Below are positions 25,761 through 40,289 of a DNA stretch of 64,000 nt, piece after piece. Below the pieces are notes generated by a model. The model saw only the letters and a program-made list of their open reading frames with translations, was not told the origin of the DNA and did no database searches. The stretch covers positions 104,098,001 through 104,162,000 of the forward strand of contig OX597818.1 of the NCBI GenBank assembly GCA_951406725.2. Reading direction: 5' to 3'. The DNA comes from Octopus vulgaris. Its lineage: Eukaryota. Position numbers and translations under genes: made by a program. Numbering within the stretch: the first letter of the stretch is position 1; each line of letters begins with the position of its first letter.

Positions 25761-26808
25761 AGCCCTAATAACCTTTTGGGGGGTTTTGAAATTTTCAGAA
25801 AATTTTTGCGAATTCGTAAGCTACACACCGGAATTCACACTACTATGACAAGAAAGTTTTTCCTTTATTTTTAGATTTTCGCGTTTTTATTTTTAATTTT
25901 TCGAATAAAAAAATTTCGAAATTAGTTTTATTTTTTTGGTTAATTTTCGAAATTATCTTTTCAAATCACTGCTTAAAATTCGGACAGTCCGAATTCTAGG
26001 CTTAAATCTCAGCTATAGACCAGTAAGCATGTTTAAGGCGAGGAAGATATTGAAAAACATCAATACGTCAAACTAACAAACAAATGAGGAAGGTACGAGG
26101 TGATCGTGAGATGTGCTAAAAATAACAGCTAAATAGGCCTTATATCACGCACCAAAACTTCTTTTTGAGGTTTTGCACAATCGTATGAATTCTCCTGTGT
26201 AGAACACAAATTCGTAAACATTTTCTGAAAAGCCCAACAGATAATAAATTTAGAAGGGGTTATATGGTGTGCGAAAAGCCGAATCTCGCTCTTTTCTCTT
26301 GGCCAAATCTCATTCCTATAGCAGCTGAAATTGTTAACAGAACCTCTTTTCGTTTTGCAGCATTGTTAATGAGGCATGTATGCGTGCTTGTGGATATGTA
26401 TCAATATATAGATAGGGTGATACAAAGAGAGTTATTTTCACATGGAAAGAGAAACAATTAAATATCGGAGAGACTAAGCGGTGTAAATGATGAGGCAAGC
26501 CACAAAGTGTTATATATATCTTGTTGCAAAAGATAACAAGGTCGTTCAATTCTTATGTTACTTGTTATTTTATGGATAACGATTTCACAATCCACACTCT
26601 TACAAATCTAGAGTTGTGAAATTCAAAGCAATGAATATATTATAGGCATATTTGAAATAGGTTTAATGAGATGCATATTTATATATAAACGTACATGAGC
26701 ATTCAAGCAGATATCTATAAACGCATAAATGCGCACGCAGTCGCACACGCACTCACATATGCATATACATAGACATTCACACACACATACATACAAACAC
26801 AAACATGA

Positions 26809-26874
<66 letters not shown>

Positions 26875-27184
26875 TTATGTATTCATGCGCATGCAATTTG
26901 TCAGAATCGTTACACATATGTATGAACACATGATGCTCAGGAGGGAATTGAAACGAACGAATGCATTAACACATATTTATTTAGTTAGTTTTCAATACAC
27001 TTTCCAGCTATAATCTCCCGCAATCTTCATTATTTATCGATTGAAAGAAGAGGCCATATTTGTTTTCGATAGAAACTAAGAAGCACCATCATCTAATATT
27101 TTCGTAAAGATTTCCATCTTTAAACACTGCGGAAGATTGCACAGAAAGCAAACACAGACACACACACATAGAGAAACACATATA

Positions 27185-27253
<69 letters not shown>

Positions 27254-27901
27254 TCATACACATACAGACAAAAACACACGTACATAGATGCATATGTAAT
27301 TAAATATTTATTTGCGGAACTAGCTGTGTAGTTGGAAGAAGTGAAAGAAAGAATGTATTGAAGCTACTGACAGAATGAACGAAAAACCGGGTACAGAATA
27401 CATAAATAGTTGAATATACAGAAATGAAGCACAGATATGTGCGTTTCCATGTGTGTGTATGTGTGTGAGTGTAAGTATATATATATATATTTAACTGGAT
27501 ACATGTATAAATAAATATATGTAATCATATATATGTATATATGTATATATATCTATATATATATATGTATATATGTATATATGTATATGGACGTATTCTC
27601 ATACGTATAAACTCATGTAATTTGTACGTGTGTGTTTACCTAGCAACAGAGATGGTTGTTAAGATTACTTGTAGAAAAGAAACTCTGTACAATTCTTTGA
27701 TCTTTAATTAACGTCAAAGAACCTCACAATTAGCAGCAACTGCGAACAGAGGAAAGGGAATATACCTGAGATGGATATATATCTGTATGTACATTTGTGT
27801 ATCCGTGTTATACATACATGCATGCACACACACATGCAAACACACATACATACATATATAAGTATGTAAACATGTATGTATATATACATATATATATATA
27901 C

Positions 27902-27941
<40 letters not shown>

Positions 27942-28075
27942 GCACACAAATTTCAAGAATAAAATATTTAGATACCTACAAATATATATATATATATATG
28001 TATATATATATTTAGCATATATGTATATACACGCATATAGACTTATATTAATACAGACACACACACACACACACA

Positions 28076-28118
<43 letters not shown>

Positions 28119-28461
28119 ACATATATATATGTATGTATTTCATACAGACTAATATAGAGGCGTTCATATGATAAACAAGAATGTATACTGCTTCGCCGAA
28201 AACATGTATCTGCTATTTATTTTCCATGTATTTTGGTTGAATCTGAGAAATGATTACGATGCAATAATTCTATATATATTTCATTGTAGCAAATACCTAT
28301 TGTTCAAATTGATATTTCCCATAATCTAAACCTTTCTGTATTCCTGCCGTATATAAGCCTCGTTTATCTCAATCAACGTCCAGAATTATCTCTGTATAAT
28401 TCTCTCGATTGGGATATTGTGTTGGTCACGATCTATTTGGTATAGACTACATTCCCAATAC

Positions 28462-28495
<34 letters not shown>

Positions 28496-28650
28496 AAAAT
28501 TGATTAAAAATGGTCCCTCTGACCTTTTTTACCATTTTAATAATTAAATGTCTATAAGTTATTAAGTGTAAACGACTAATTGATCGATAAAGATTTTTTC
28601 CGATGTATATGATACTCTACCAAGGACTTACTATTTCTAATACTACTATT

Positions 28651-28726
<76 letters not shown>

Positions 28727-29066
28727 CCCTACCTCCCAACACCTTCACACCACACCAAAGAGCACTGCACGTTACACCACCATACGACACACCACATCAT
28801 ATCACAACACATGACCATTTCTCAGACCCACATTTTCACACCTACATATACACACGCGCATACGCCAAGATCACTAGCCCTTTTCAACACGCACATACGA
28901 ACTCTCTTTTACACAACGTACGCACACTTTCATTTTGGGATCACTAATTTTATTATCTCCCCTTCTCCCTAGCTCTCCTGTGTGACCTTTCCGTCCGGCA
29001 TTCGCCATGATTGATCGCTAGCCACTACACATTCTTTATATTCTCTCCTTCTTTCTTTCCGTGCTT

Positions 29067-29102
29067 CTTTCTGTGGAAGAGCGTAGGCTCGAAACGTTAA
29101 AG
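29067..29102 (+). ncRNA. Minimal type I hammerhead-like motif with variant core (CUGUGGA)
   Basis: CUUU-CUGUGGA-A-GAGC-GUAG-GCUC-GAAAC-GU-U-AAAG, with stems I and II perfectly paired and palindromic ACGU. It lies in a repeat (~28990-29180) that has a degenerate minus copy at ~38905-39065. Confidence 0.55.
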
Positions 29103-29227
29103 CCTTTTCACTTCCCGAGCATTATACTAATACATCTGTTTGTTGTCTACACCATCTGTCTTCGTCTTTTGTTTTTTTTGGGGGTGGGGGATTCTCTACA
29201 TATATATACCCATACATACATACATAC

Positions 29228-29304
<77 letters not shown>

Positions 29305-31237
29305 CATGTCATGGGATATGATTTATAATACAACCAAAACTGGCATATCATTAATTATTATTGTGTAAACTATATGAGGAGAGACAGCTGACCTGCGAGT
29401 CAGCATGTGAAATCGGATATTGCAGGCTATTAGTGAATATAATTCTCGTCATAGTTTAGACTCATTGATATTACTGCATTAAACTGCAACAGACCCGAGG
29501 ATCTATCAGTGAGTGGACTGGAGCAATGTGAAATAAATTACCCAGCCAAATGTGGGAAAAAAAGCATATGACATTAGATCACATTTACATCTCCCCGCAA
29601 TTTCTTTCTGTAACAGGCCACATTTCTTACCTTGTAATGTAGTGTATCTTAATAAAATCACGCACATGCAAATAGTGTTATTATCCACGAAGATTCTTTC
29701 ATAGTAAACATCAAGAACTGATATAGTCGATCATGTATGTTCTTAAGAGTGAAATTTTCCTATTTTCCTCTACACATTGAGACGACACTATCCTATAGAA
29801 GAATGTACATGTCTAATGTAGAAATGAATATCATCAAGTTCTTAAATGATATTTGGTAAAATGTTTTTACATAAGCGATGCCACATTTCTGGTTATTTTT
29901 GGAAAAAAAAAACTTCGAGGAAGTTGAGAACAATATATTTGGTTTAATACAGATCTACACTATATTCGTTGTCACAAGTGATGTGGTTTGATCCAGTAGG
30001 TTAAGCTATCTTTTATTGCATATTAAGCAGACTAATATATTTTTGTTTTTTCCTGTGTCATGATTGTTTTGCCGTAGATCAATATGGAAAACCAACCCTT
30101 CTAATTCGTTTTATGTATAACTATATCATCCCACGGCGGAGAGTAGTCTCACAGATATTTGATTGCCATTACAAGCATTTCGAATGTAAACCCAAACATA
30201 ACTTTACTATATTTAAATAAATTATATCACTCGATGTAATAACAGCTGCAGTCGAAAATTAACCTTCCACGCGTGTATATGGCATTTGAAATACCATAAA
30301 ATTTAACGAGATGTTATCTGTATTAAACTATTTCAAAGAAAATTAAGTATATCAGATAAAATACTTCATGTGCTGCATTTTTCCAACATTCCTTTGTAGC
30401 AACATAATGTAACTAATTCTCAAAGAACTCTTACTAACGATTCAGTAACCGTTTATGTGCCTATATGCTGAGACTATATGATCAGTATCACTAGTAATAT
30501 TTCTCGCTCAAAAATTCTCATAGCAACCTACAACACAGATTTACAAGATTTGATTGTTAGTTCATTCCACCATAGAATTGATGTTTTCCATATAAAATTT
30601 CCAAAATAATATGCATATTTCCAATAATATGATAACTTCCGTTCATGGCAAAAGGAATGTTCTTCCTATATTTCATCTTAATAATCACTTCTACAAGTTT
30701 TTTTTCTTCTTTCTTGGAAAGAACATACGGTCCGATGTTCTAGATTCTCCCCCAGTATACCCCCCCCCCCCACTGCTTTCATACTTCTTTATCAACCCCG
30801 AAAGGAAGAAAGCAAAGTTGACCTTATTTACCCATGTCTTGTCTGTAATTGATTTGCAAAAAATTTAGGATAGTGTTAACAACGTTAGTCATACAAGTCA
30901 CGAAGGCCTTGAAGATCTTGTTGAGTTAGAATCACTTTATCCAGAAGCGTCGTCAAATGGCTGAATAATAAATCAATAAGAAAATGTTATACATTCTGTG
31001 GATAACTGTATCACAATTTTATGCTTGTCTTGTGACGCTGGCAAAATATAAACTGAAATTATTGTATCATTTCGTTCTCAGGTATTCCAGAAGACTAAAG
31101 CAGTTAGCTCGCAGAATCGTTTAAATGCTTCGTGGCATCTCTTTCTGGCTTCACTTTATTAAGCCACCGAGGACAACTATACCTTTCATCTTTTCGGAGC
31201 TGATAAAATACGTGACAGTTAAGCAATAGAGGTGGAA

Positions 31238-31540
31238 GCACATAGACTAGTGGTTATAGCAGCGGACTCGCGGTCGAGGGATCGCGGGTTCGAATCTCAG
31301 GCCGGGCGATGTGTGTGTTTATGAGCGAAACTCCAAAGCTCCACGCGGCTCCGGCGGAAGGTAATGGCGAACTTCTGCTGACTCTTTCGCCACAACTTTC
31401 TCTCATTCTTTCCTCCTGCATCTTGCAGCGCACATGCGACGGACAGGCCTTCGGTCCAGGTGGGGAGCCTATACGCCAAGGAAACCGGGAAACAGGCCTT
31501 ATGAGCCAGGCGTGGCTCGGGGAGGAACAAACAACAACAT
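31238..31540 (+). mobile_element. tRNA-derived SINE family C (possibly tRNA-Arg-like head)
   Basis: A box tagactagtgg, B box gggttcgaatctc, anticodon-like tcg, ~300 bp, (AAC)n tail. Confidence 0.75.
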
Positions 31541-32474
31541 AAGCAATCGGGCAGATATAACAGACTAGCACTCTCACTGAAACATTCAAGCGTTGTGTCT
31601 ATTATAGAGTGAACAAAAAAATCCAGAAGACGCTGTTTAAACATTGATGTGTGCAACTGGCTCCATTATTTTCGACTAAACTCCCGGCCTTACATTCAGC
31701 TCTGTTTCTACAAAAATCACTTTTTTTTTTTTTGTTTTTCGTTCCACAATCAGCAAGCCCTAAAAATACTGCCTTATATCAGCGAGCACGAATGTCCTGC
31801 AATACGTCTGCATGGCCACCTGCATCGCCCCGTGGTTGGGGAGTTTACTTTCGCAGTGATGTGCTCCTCGACGTATTCTTATGGTACGTTCATTTGATAC
31901 AACTCTTCTAGTATGGAGTCCAGCCAACCAAAACCTTGTGATTGACTTATGACAGAGAGAAAAGAAAATGACGCATATTATAGATGCAAATACATAGATA
32001 CACGCACTTACATACATTTATATTTGTTTGAAAGTGGCTTAGTATAAGTTTTCATACACAAATCCACACACAAAGAGAAAAAAAAGTTGTGTATTGGCTC
32101 AAATTAAATTTACTCTTTCTTTTAAAAAGAGATCGATATAATATGCAGCAGACTGAGATAGGTGCTAGGGTCGATATGATTGGGTGAAGATGTGAATGCC
32201 GCAGTGCAATCACAGAAGCCACTAGAATACTATTTTACTTTATATATTTACCGTGTAATTCCTTTCGTGTGAAATGATAAACAAACTAAATGCTTATACA
32301 TACATGTATGCATATGTGAGGGAGTGTGTGAGTATATGTGTGTGTGCATTATGCATATATATATATATATTTATTTATATACATATTATATATATAAAAA
32401 TATATATTACTATATTTACATATATGTGGGTGTGTGCGTGAGTGTGTGTGTATGTGTGTGAGTGTGTGTGTGTG

Positions 32475-32672
32475 TGTGTCTGTCTGTGTTTGTCCCCCAA
32501 CATCGCTCAGTAAACGATACTGGTGTGTTTACGTCCCCGTAACTTAGCGGTTCGGCAAACGTGGCCGGTAAAATAAGTACTAGGCTTACGAAGAATAAGT
32601 CCTGGGGTCGATTTGCTCGACTAAAGGCGGTGCTCCAGCATGACCACAGTCAAATGACTAAAACAAATAAAA
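32475..32672 (+). mobile_element. SINE family A, 3' half
   Basis: Close match to the reverse complement of 10380-10580. Confidence 0.8.
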
Positions 32673-33675
32673 ATTGTGCACATTGAAAATCACATGATGC
32701 GCAACTGATAAATAATTAAAATACTTAGATAAAACAAACGTAGATGTATTGGAAAGTCAGGGAATAATTTCACCTTTTGAATTCCTTTAAATATATTGGC
32801 ATTTTTAACATACTGACTGTTTAAAAAAAGTAGGCATATAAACGCAGTTACATATAATCAGGTACACAAGCATACAGATCTCTATGGATGCGTTTGTCTA
32901 TACTTGCGTGTGTAGCTTTGTACAGGCCAATACACACATTTGCAAAGATAACCGTGGGTATGGCGACAAATGTAGGTAATGGATTGCACAAACACACGCA
33001 CATACATACACATACACATATACATACATACACACTCACACACAAACATATGGTTGTATATATACACACATGAGCATGGTGTTGCGTGCGTATGCATGTA
33101 TGCATACACCTTCATATGTACATACGTACGTATGTACGCGTAGGCATTTTGGTGGCGATGTGGATGTGCGGTTGTATTGAGGATTTTTTAAAGAAATCCT
33201 CAATTTAATTAATTCTGCATCTACATAGTGTAATGAATTATAAACTCCAAGAAAATTTGCCAATTCTATAAGTAAATTCTAATTTTCATTCATTTTAATT
33301 AAATCCAGTTTTTTTTTTAATTTATCTTTCGTAAATTAATTTTTTCAAACATACAACTCTGTACGATCACTATCAACAGCATCGTCCTTATTAGCTATAT
33401 ATCCATTAATATAAATCTTTGGCAATTTCTTCTTGCATAACAGCGCTATCTTTTATTCCGGTAACTTATTTCTGCTACCAAGGCGTGGCAGCCTAATTAA
33501 TAGTTTTGCCTAATTTTTCTTCCGTTCCAAACCATTATATTTATTCGTATTTGCATTCTTTTATTATCATGCGTAACTATCACTAACAAATAATATCAGA
33601 ACTATTGCGGGTAGCTCCTACGGAACTGGATTTGGAGTATCCAAATCAGAAAATCACGAATTAGGCCCAAGCGTA

Positions 33676-34230
33676 AGCGCGTGGCTTAGTGGTTAAGGTG
33701 TTGGACTCATAGCCGTACGATTATGGTTTCGACTTCACGAATGGGCGATGCGTTGCGTTCTTTAGTCAAACACGTTATTTCACGTTGATCCAGTTCACTC
33801 AGCGTATGTATAAATTATTGACATTATAAGAGGATATTATAGATTTTTGATAGAACATTAAATGATTCATTTTCGAACAGGATCTCGCAGTACATAAAGA
33901 TATCATGGCTCAGTGGTTAGAGCGTTGGGCTCACAATTATGAGGTAGTGAGCTGGATTCCCTGACCAGAGTGTGTTGCGTTCTTGAGCAAGACATTTTAC
34001 TTCACGTTGCTCCAGTTCATCCATCTGTTGAAATGAGTTGCGACGTCACTGTTGCCAGGCTGTATCGGCCCCTTTGCCTTTCTGTTGGATAAAATCGATG
34101 GTGTGGAGATGGAAGGATGGTATGCATAGACGGCTACTGGTCTTTCATACATAACCTTGCTCGGACTTGTTCCTGTGCTTTCTATGTGTATTCCTATGGT
34201 CATTCATGACCGAATAGGGTCTTTACCCTT
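33676..34230 (+). mobile_element. Two SINE family B-like copies (33676-33803, 33905-34230)
   Basis: tggct(t/c)agtggtta heads and the ttcacgttg.tccagttca central domain. Confidence 0.7.
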
Positions 34231-34734
34231 TAACTCGTGTATTGAAGCAACCCTTTCGATAGAAAATGTCAAGTGCTGCCTGTGGATCACGAACCCACAT
34301 CATTTTCAAACATGCCTGCCGTTATACCATTTGACTAAAGAAGTCCTTCATATTTTGCTATCTCTTTTAGAAATTTTATTCTTATAGCAAGAACTGTATG
34401 TTGTCATTGCCAAAAAAAGTTTAAGCATTATTGATCAGTAAATATAAGAGTCAGAATTCTCATAAATAGATTCGATATGAGATAAGTGAAAAGTACAGGA
34501 AACTTGTATATTTTATTAGCATTTTAGTAATTCTCAAAATACCCTACAACAAGGTAACAGAATGTTTCAAACCATAATGTGCTTGAGAGATCGTCACTCT
34601 GTTACTGAGACTTCATGGCATTTGAAGGAGCTAAATATAATATTATATAAATATACATTTAAATAATATATCAATATAAATATAACATTATTATGAACAT
34701 AATATAAATATATTACAGTAATCAAGATAAACAC

Positions 34735-35144
34735 CACATGACCTTGCAGGTGGGGCCCAGTTAGAATGTTCTACTGGTCGAGTAACCCATCCCGCTCAAA
34801 AGGTCCCTGAATAAGAGTTGTTTAAGGATGTTGAACGAAACACCTATGTTTCCAGAGGTGAAAAATTCAAACCTCAAAGAATCCCTCTCAACACTGATGC
34901 TGTTAATCGTTGCTGTTAATGATGCTCCTCCAGTACTTCTGCTCGTGATTAGAGATGCACATATCGTCAGCCACTAAGGGATATGCTCAACTGGTTATGG
35001 TCAAACAACTGACAAGCAAATCTGTGGTATTGTGCAGAATATTTACTGAAGCCAATCTTTTATACCAAGACCAAACAATGTACATGGTAACACTCCTAAT
35101 CAGTTAAGATCAGCAGCCATGAGAGCCACTGCTTGGTACTGCAT

Positions 35145-35145
<1 letters not shown>
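34735..35145. repeat. ~400-bp dispersed non-coding repeat abutting (TAC)n
   Basis: Reverse-complement copy at ~61228-61595. Confidence 0.75.
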
Positions 35146-35180
<35 letters not shown>

Positions 35181-35181
35181 A

Positions 35182-35343
35182 GGCGTCGAGTCGGCAGATC
35201 GTTAGCACGCCGTTCAAAACGATTAACAGCATTTCACCCTTTTGGGACCGATAAAATAAGTACCAGTTGAGTACTGGAGGGTCGATTTAATCGATTTACC
35301 GCCTACCCCGAAATTGCTGGGTTTGTGCCAAACTTTGAAACCA
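35182..35343 (+). mobile_element. SINE family D copy, internally deleted
   Basis: ggcgtcgagtcggcagatcgttagcacgcc..cgataaaataagtaccagttgag..gaaattgctgg. Confidence 0.65.
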
Positions 35344-36496
35344 TTACTATTATCATTGTTATGTATGACATGTCTTGTATCCTTATCACCTTATCACATT
35401 GTCTCGTAGCATATTATAGTATCTCCTATTACCTCATTTACTATCAAATAACATACATGGTGAGGCCGAATCAACGGAAAGATATGAAAATAAAACAACG
35501 CATTTAGCTCTTTTGCAATTTCTCCCTCTGTTCTCACTTTCATATTTCTCTTTCATTTTTGCAGAGTCGATAAAGAAAGTACCATTGAAGCAGCTGGATC
35601 AATTTATACTTCACTCTTTCCTGACCCAAATGTTTGGTCATGTGCCAAAGTTAGAAATCAATAAACCAATAGCATGGTATATATTTCATACCCTATCATA
35701 TTTAATTATATTTAATTATATAATATCATATTATGTAATCTCACATCATATTATATTATAGAATAATATAGTGCAGCATCATATATATTATTGGCAAAAT
35801 TACTAACAAAGTAGGATGATTAACGTTAATGAAGTTAACCCTTTAAATTACTGAACCTAGACTTCATTTATTGGAACATATTCATAATAAAGTGATGTAA
35901 GAGGAAAACGTAACTGAATATGGTCACCAAATCGTTAATCTTCTCACCGTTGATGCAATTAAAATGCAATTAGCGGTTTTGACTTGATTTCAAAAAGCGA
36001 AAACTGTTCAAATCACTTGTCATTTGGTATGTAGAAACTCAAACGAAATGCAATTTATCATATATCATGCAGTGAGATATCTGCATAGTTAACGTTTGGC
36101 GTTATAAAGTACCAATATCATTTAGGTTATCTCAGATAAGGTCAGTGTTTCTGATGCTGATATTCCATGTTAAAAGCGATGATGAGGATGATTAGAGTGA
36201 AACTGATAATAAAAGTGAAGGTAACAACGTAAATAGTTGCTGTTGATGCTAATTCTTGAGACAGTAATGGTATAATTGGAGATAATATTTCTTATGTTTC
36301 TGACGATGTGGCTGCTAGAATTGAAGAAGACAATGATACTGCAGCTGCTTGCGTTGACGATAAGGATTTTGGTAGGTAAGGTGATATCGATGATGATGAT
36401 GATGACGATGATGTGGTGGAGGATAATAAAGGGTATGTCAAAAACGTGAATACCAACAAAACCCTAGGAGGAAATTTGTATCCATGGATATATGTG

Positions 36497-36559
<63 letters not shown>

Positions 36560-36849
36560 GTATATATATATGTATATATATATATATATAAATATAAATA
36601 CATACATACGTGCATATATATATACATGTGTATATATATATGTATATCTGCAGACACGCACCTACGCATGTATGTGTGTGTTTGTGTGTATGTGTGTGTG
36701 TGTGTGTTTGTGTGTGTGTGTCTGTGTGTCTGTGTGTGTGTGTGTGTGTGTCTTAACATGAAAACTATGGTCGTCTTAATACCCAGATAAAGAATATTTA
36801 TCCCACAATGCGATGTTAACCACTCGTTCTCACCGTTTGACATTTACGT

Positions 36850-37870
36850 ATATGTAAATGGCCAGGTTCAGGAAAGACGTGATGAAAATATTCAAAGAAT
36901 TCGGCCCGTCCATCACGGTTACTACGAATCTGCGGTCGATTTCTGGGATGTAACCTTAGACTTGAACACGGGCAAATACTAGCCCTGCAGGAAGCCTAAT
37001 GAAGAAACGGTGCATATCCACAACAGCTCACCCCCTTCCGTTGCAATTAGAAACCTGGTTTCAGGTATTAGCAAACGGGTGTCTAAACTCTCAGCCAACA
37101 TAGAGATTTTAATAAGGCCGCCACCACGACTACAATGATGCTTTCGCTAGAACCGGATTTCGCGAGAAACTCAGGTATGTGGACGAACCCCAACCCCCCT
37201 TTCATCCCACCAAGAGAATTTGAAAAAGGAAAATAATCTGGTATATCCACCACCGTAACCTAAAAGTTTCTACCAAAATAGCCAGGTGATTCCTGTCGTT
37301 GATAAGTAAACATTTCCCCAGATGCCATAAGTATTGCAAACTCTTCATAATGTCATGGCAAACTAATTCTGCTCAGAAAACATCGCATCGAACATTGCCC
37401 GCATCGACAGACATAAAAACGCACACAGACATCCCGCAAACCAAACCTACAACTGTCGAAGCCCTACCACTTGCCTTCTAGGCGGATCCTGCCTCTGAAG
37501 GGTTGTAGTATACAGAGCCCTCACCCCACATTTACACCGCCTGAAGGCATTACTAGGAACTATACGAGCAAGAGAACCAATGACCTCAAGGGAACATATT
37601 CCCAGCACTTGCATTCATTTATATCCAGAGACAGAGTACTCCACATCCATGTCGCGCTTTCTCTGAAGATTTTGTGACATCCGAGACGAGACATACGGCA
37701 TTAAGTGGCCAACTAACGACAGGGCGTCACCATATTCACCCGGCCTCCTTAACAGCCAGGTTTACTTCCGCCAAAACTGTATATCATTTACTAACCCGCA
37801 GTATCGTTCAACAAGAAATATGAAATATTGTATTGCTGTTACCAGAGGTAAACCCTTCTAGTAAATTTCA
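36850..37870 (+). mobile_element. Decayed Penelope-like element ORF (RT C-terminus/thumb, linker, GIY-YIG endonuclease)
   Basis: RKDVMKIFKEFG..VDFWDVTLDLNTGKY*PCRKPNE..ISKRVSKLSAN..YNDAF..GFREKLRY..KRKIIWY..FLSLISKHFP..NCRSPTTCLLGGSCL*RVVVYRA..YGIKW, with stops and frameshifts. Confidence 0.8.
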
Positions 37871-38464
37871 TACCACTGTCCGCCGACAGCTCGGATATGC
37901 CGTCTTACTACAATCCACTCATAGTGCCGCCTGGAACAACGTCATCGTCCAAAATTAACCTACATCAACATTACCGCAAATCACAAATCTACAACACTTT
38001 AGCATGCTTGTCTGCCTGCAATCTCTCACCCTTTGTACATCATCCCCTGTACATAACCACAAGAGTATATGTGCAAGCGCGCATGTGCGTGACTGCATAT
38101 ATGTACCTGTTCACTCCATGCATACGCATGGATGTATGTGCGCGGTTGTACAAGTTCGTGCAGACTCGCTTATACACATATGCACCCTTGGGTGTGCATG
38201 TATACTACACTTGCACACTTGTGTGTGCGCTACCGTGTGCATGTGCTCGTATTCAGATAAAGCTTTGCACGCATCTGTATGTGTATGTCCGTGTGTGTAT
38301 ATTTGTGTGCACGTGCGATGTATATTTGTGCACATTTTAGCGTGCGTGCGTACGTCCGTGAGTATGTGAGTGTTTGTATCTGCGCGCGCGCAGTTAGGTG
38401 AAAGCACATTTACGCCCACATGCACATTTCTATAAGTACGGATGCATAAACACACATGTATGAG

Positions 38465-38508
<44 letters not shown>

Positions 38509-38835
38509 TATACATATATATCCTTGTATGCCGCCACATCTACCGCGCTCCCTACTTTCCCCAAACAAACGACCGATTTCTTATCCATCACGCGGTCGAT
38601 TTCCTGATCAACAGGCGGTACTTTATAACTAATTGTTGTCGCTGAAATACTAACATGCAATTGCTATACCACGTGACCTTTATCGACCAATCATGAGCTA
38701 ACATCCAGCAGTAAACGTTGACTCACTTCTATCGAACTCTCATTCAAACACCAATGGGCATACGCTTCAGCCGCAGATTGACAAGGAGTCTAAATCAAAC
38801 TGATTTCACACACACACGCGCACACACACATACAC

Positions 38836-38886
<51 letters not shown>

Positions 38887-39199
38887 TATACATATATATA
38901 TAGCTGAAATTTTATAGAAAAACAAAAGATGAAAACAGGTGTATGAACAATAATCAAGTGTCTTAGTTTAAGACTCTGGAAAATGAAAAAGTGTTTCACC
39001 CTTGGAGCCTACGGTCTTCAACAGAAAGGAATAAGTGAAAATAAACAGAGAGAGAATAAAAGTCTTGTATATATGTATATATGTAACATTCGACGGTTTA
39101 AAGACTTATATGAATACGACATGACAGAATATCGGTAATGCTATCTTTGCGTACAATATTATTTTCAATGCAAGAATTTGTCATCTCGAAACTTCACCC

Positions 39200-39271
39200 G
39201 ATAATCCGAATGTATAGTTGCCCAAACTTTTACATCTATAAAAGTTTGAGCAACTATACATTCGGTTTGTC
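39200..39271. other. 72-nt hairpin (33-bp stem, 6-nt loop)
   Basis: ccgaatgtatagttgc-c-caaactttta [catcta] taaaagtttg-a-gcaactatacattcgg, extended by gataat/tttgtc. Confidence 0.85.
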
Positions 39272-40289
39272 CAGACTAAATCACCTTCAGATCATGTTCA
39301 AGTCACGACTACATTGGATAGGTTTTCAGATATTGTTGAAGTGCAGCAATGTTTCGTAATAGTTTTGCCCCATTTCAGTCATCAATATTTTTCGGCATTT
39401 CGATCGGTGTTCCAATGACAATAACTTTTTTTTTTTTGCCGTCTATGATATTGAGTTTGACAAGTAAAACATTTTGAAAGAAGATTTTCTTCTTAGAAAA
39501 CAGACACGAGATGAGGAAATTGACAATAATTTCGTTTGTACAAACAGGATTTGATCAAAAGCCAAAATTCTTACACATCGGAATATTATCTAAAGCCAAT
39601 ATGGAGAGTACTTTATTTCTGCATCATATATAAATGTTTAAAAAAATCCAAAACTAATAATTATTCTCTATTCCTGTCATTCAATATTTCTGGATAGGTC
39701 AAACAGACTTCTCTATTCAATATCCAGGTTGTTTGCGATCTATATTTCTACATTCACTGTTGCATACCTTGTTTCGTATTCTGATGGTCATAAGATCCAT
39801 TGAATCGTCTGAATTTGCGGTGCACCAAAGTAGCGTAAAAGCAGTCCCCGAGTTATTGAGATTCCTAATTTGTGCCTCTTTGTAAGTTTAAAGGACTTGC
39901 TGATGAGTTTATAAATGAAGAATCCATGCTGACATACACACAGGAAAATACATACAAAAGTAATAATTATATGTAAGGATGTATTGTCGCATTATTTCTA
40001 AAAGGATCTGAATTATCTATATTATATAAGCTTGGAAAGCAATAACATAATTCAGAGTTATCATTATCTACCTATATATACCTAATCAAAATGAAAAAAA
40101 TACACATTAAATGCAGAACATCACCAATGAGTGAAAATTACGTAAACGTACAGCGAGAGAGAAGTACAGGATAAAATACCAAAAGAAGGCTAACTCTTCC
40201 TCAGTTGTCGACTGTTTATTACTATCTGTTTTGTGCTTTTAACAATACATGAAGACTTCATAAGACAGCAGCATCCAGAAATTTTTAAA

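Noticed and set aside
29631-29717. Possible minus-strand exon with a strong AAG|GTAAGA donor
   Set aside because: Weak acceptor, unrecognisable peptide, and phase incompatible with the 40766 candidate exon.
31238-31310. tRNA gene
   Set aside because: The cloverleaf is incomplete and continues into a SINE body and tail.
31754-31883. Possible plus-strand exon (poly-T..cag acceptor, gtacgt donor, two open frames)
   Set aside because: No recognisable protein motif and no partner exon; would need RNA-seq.
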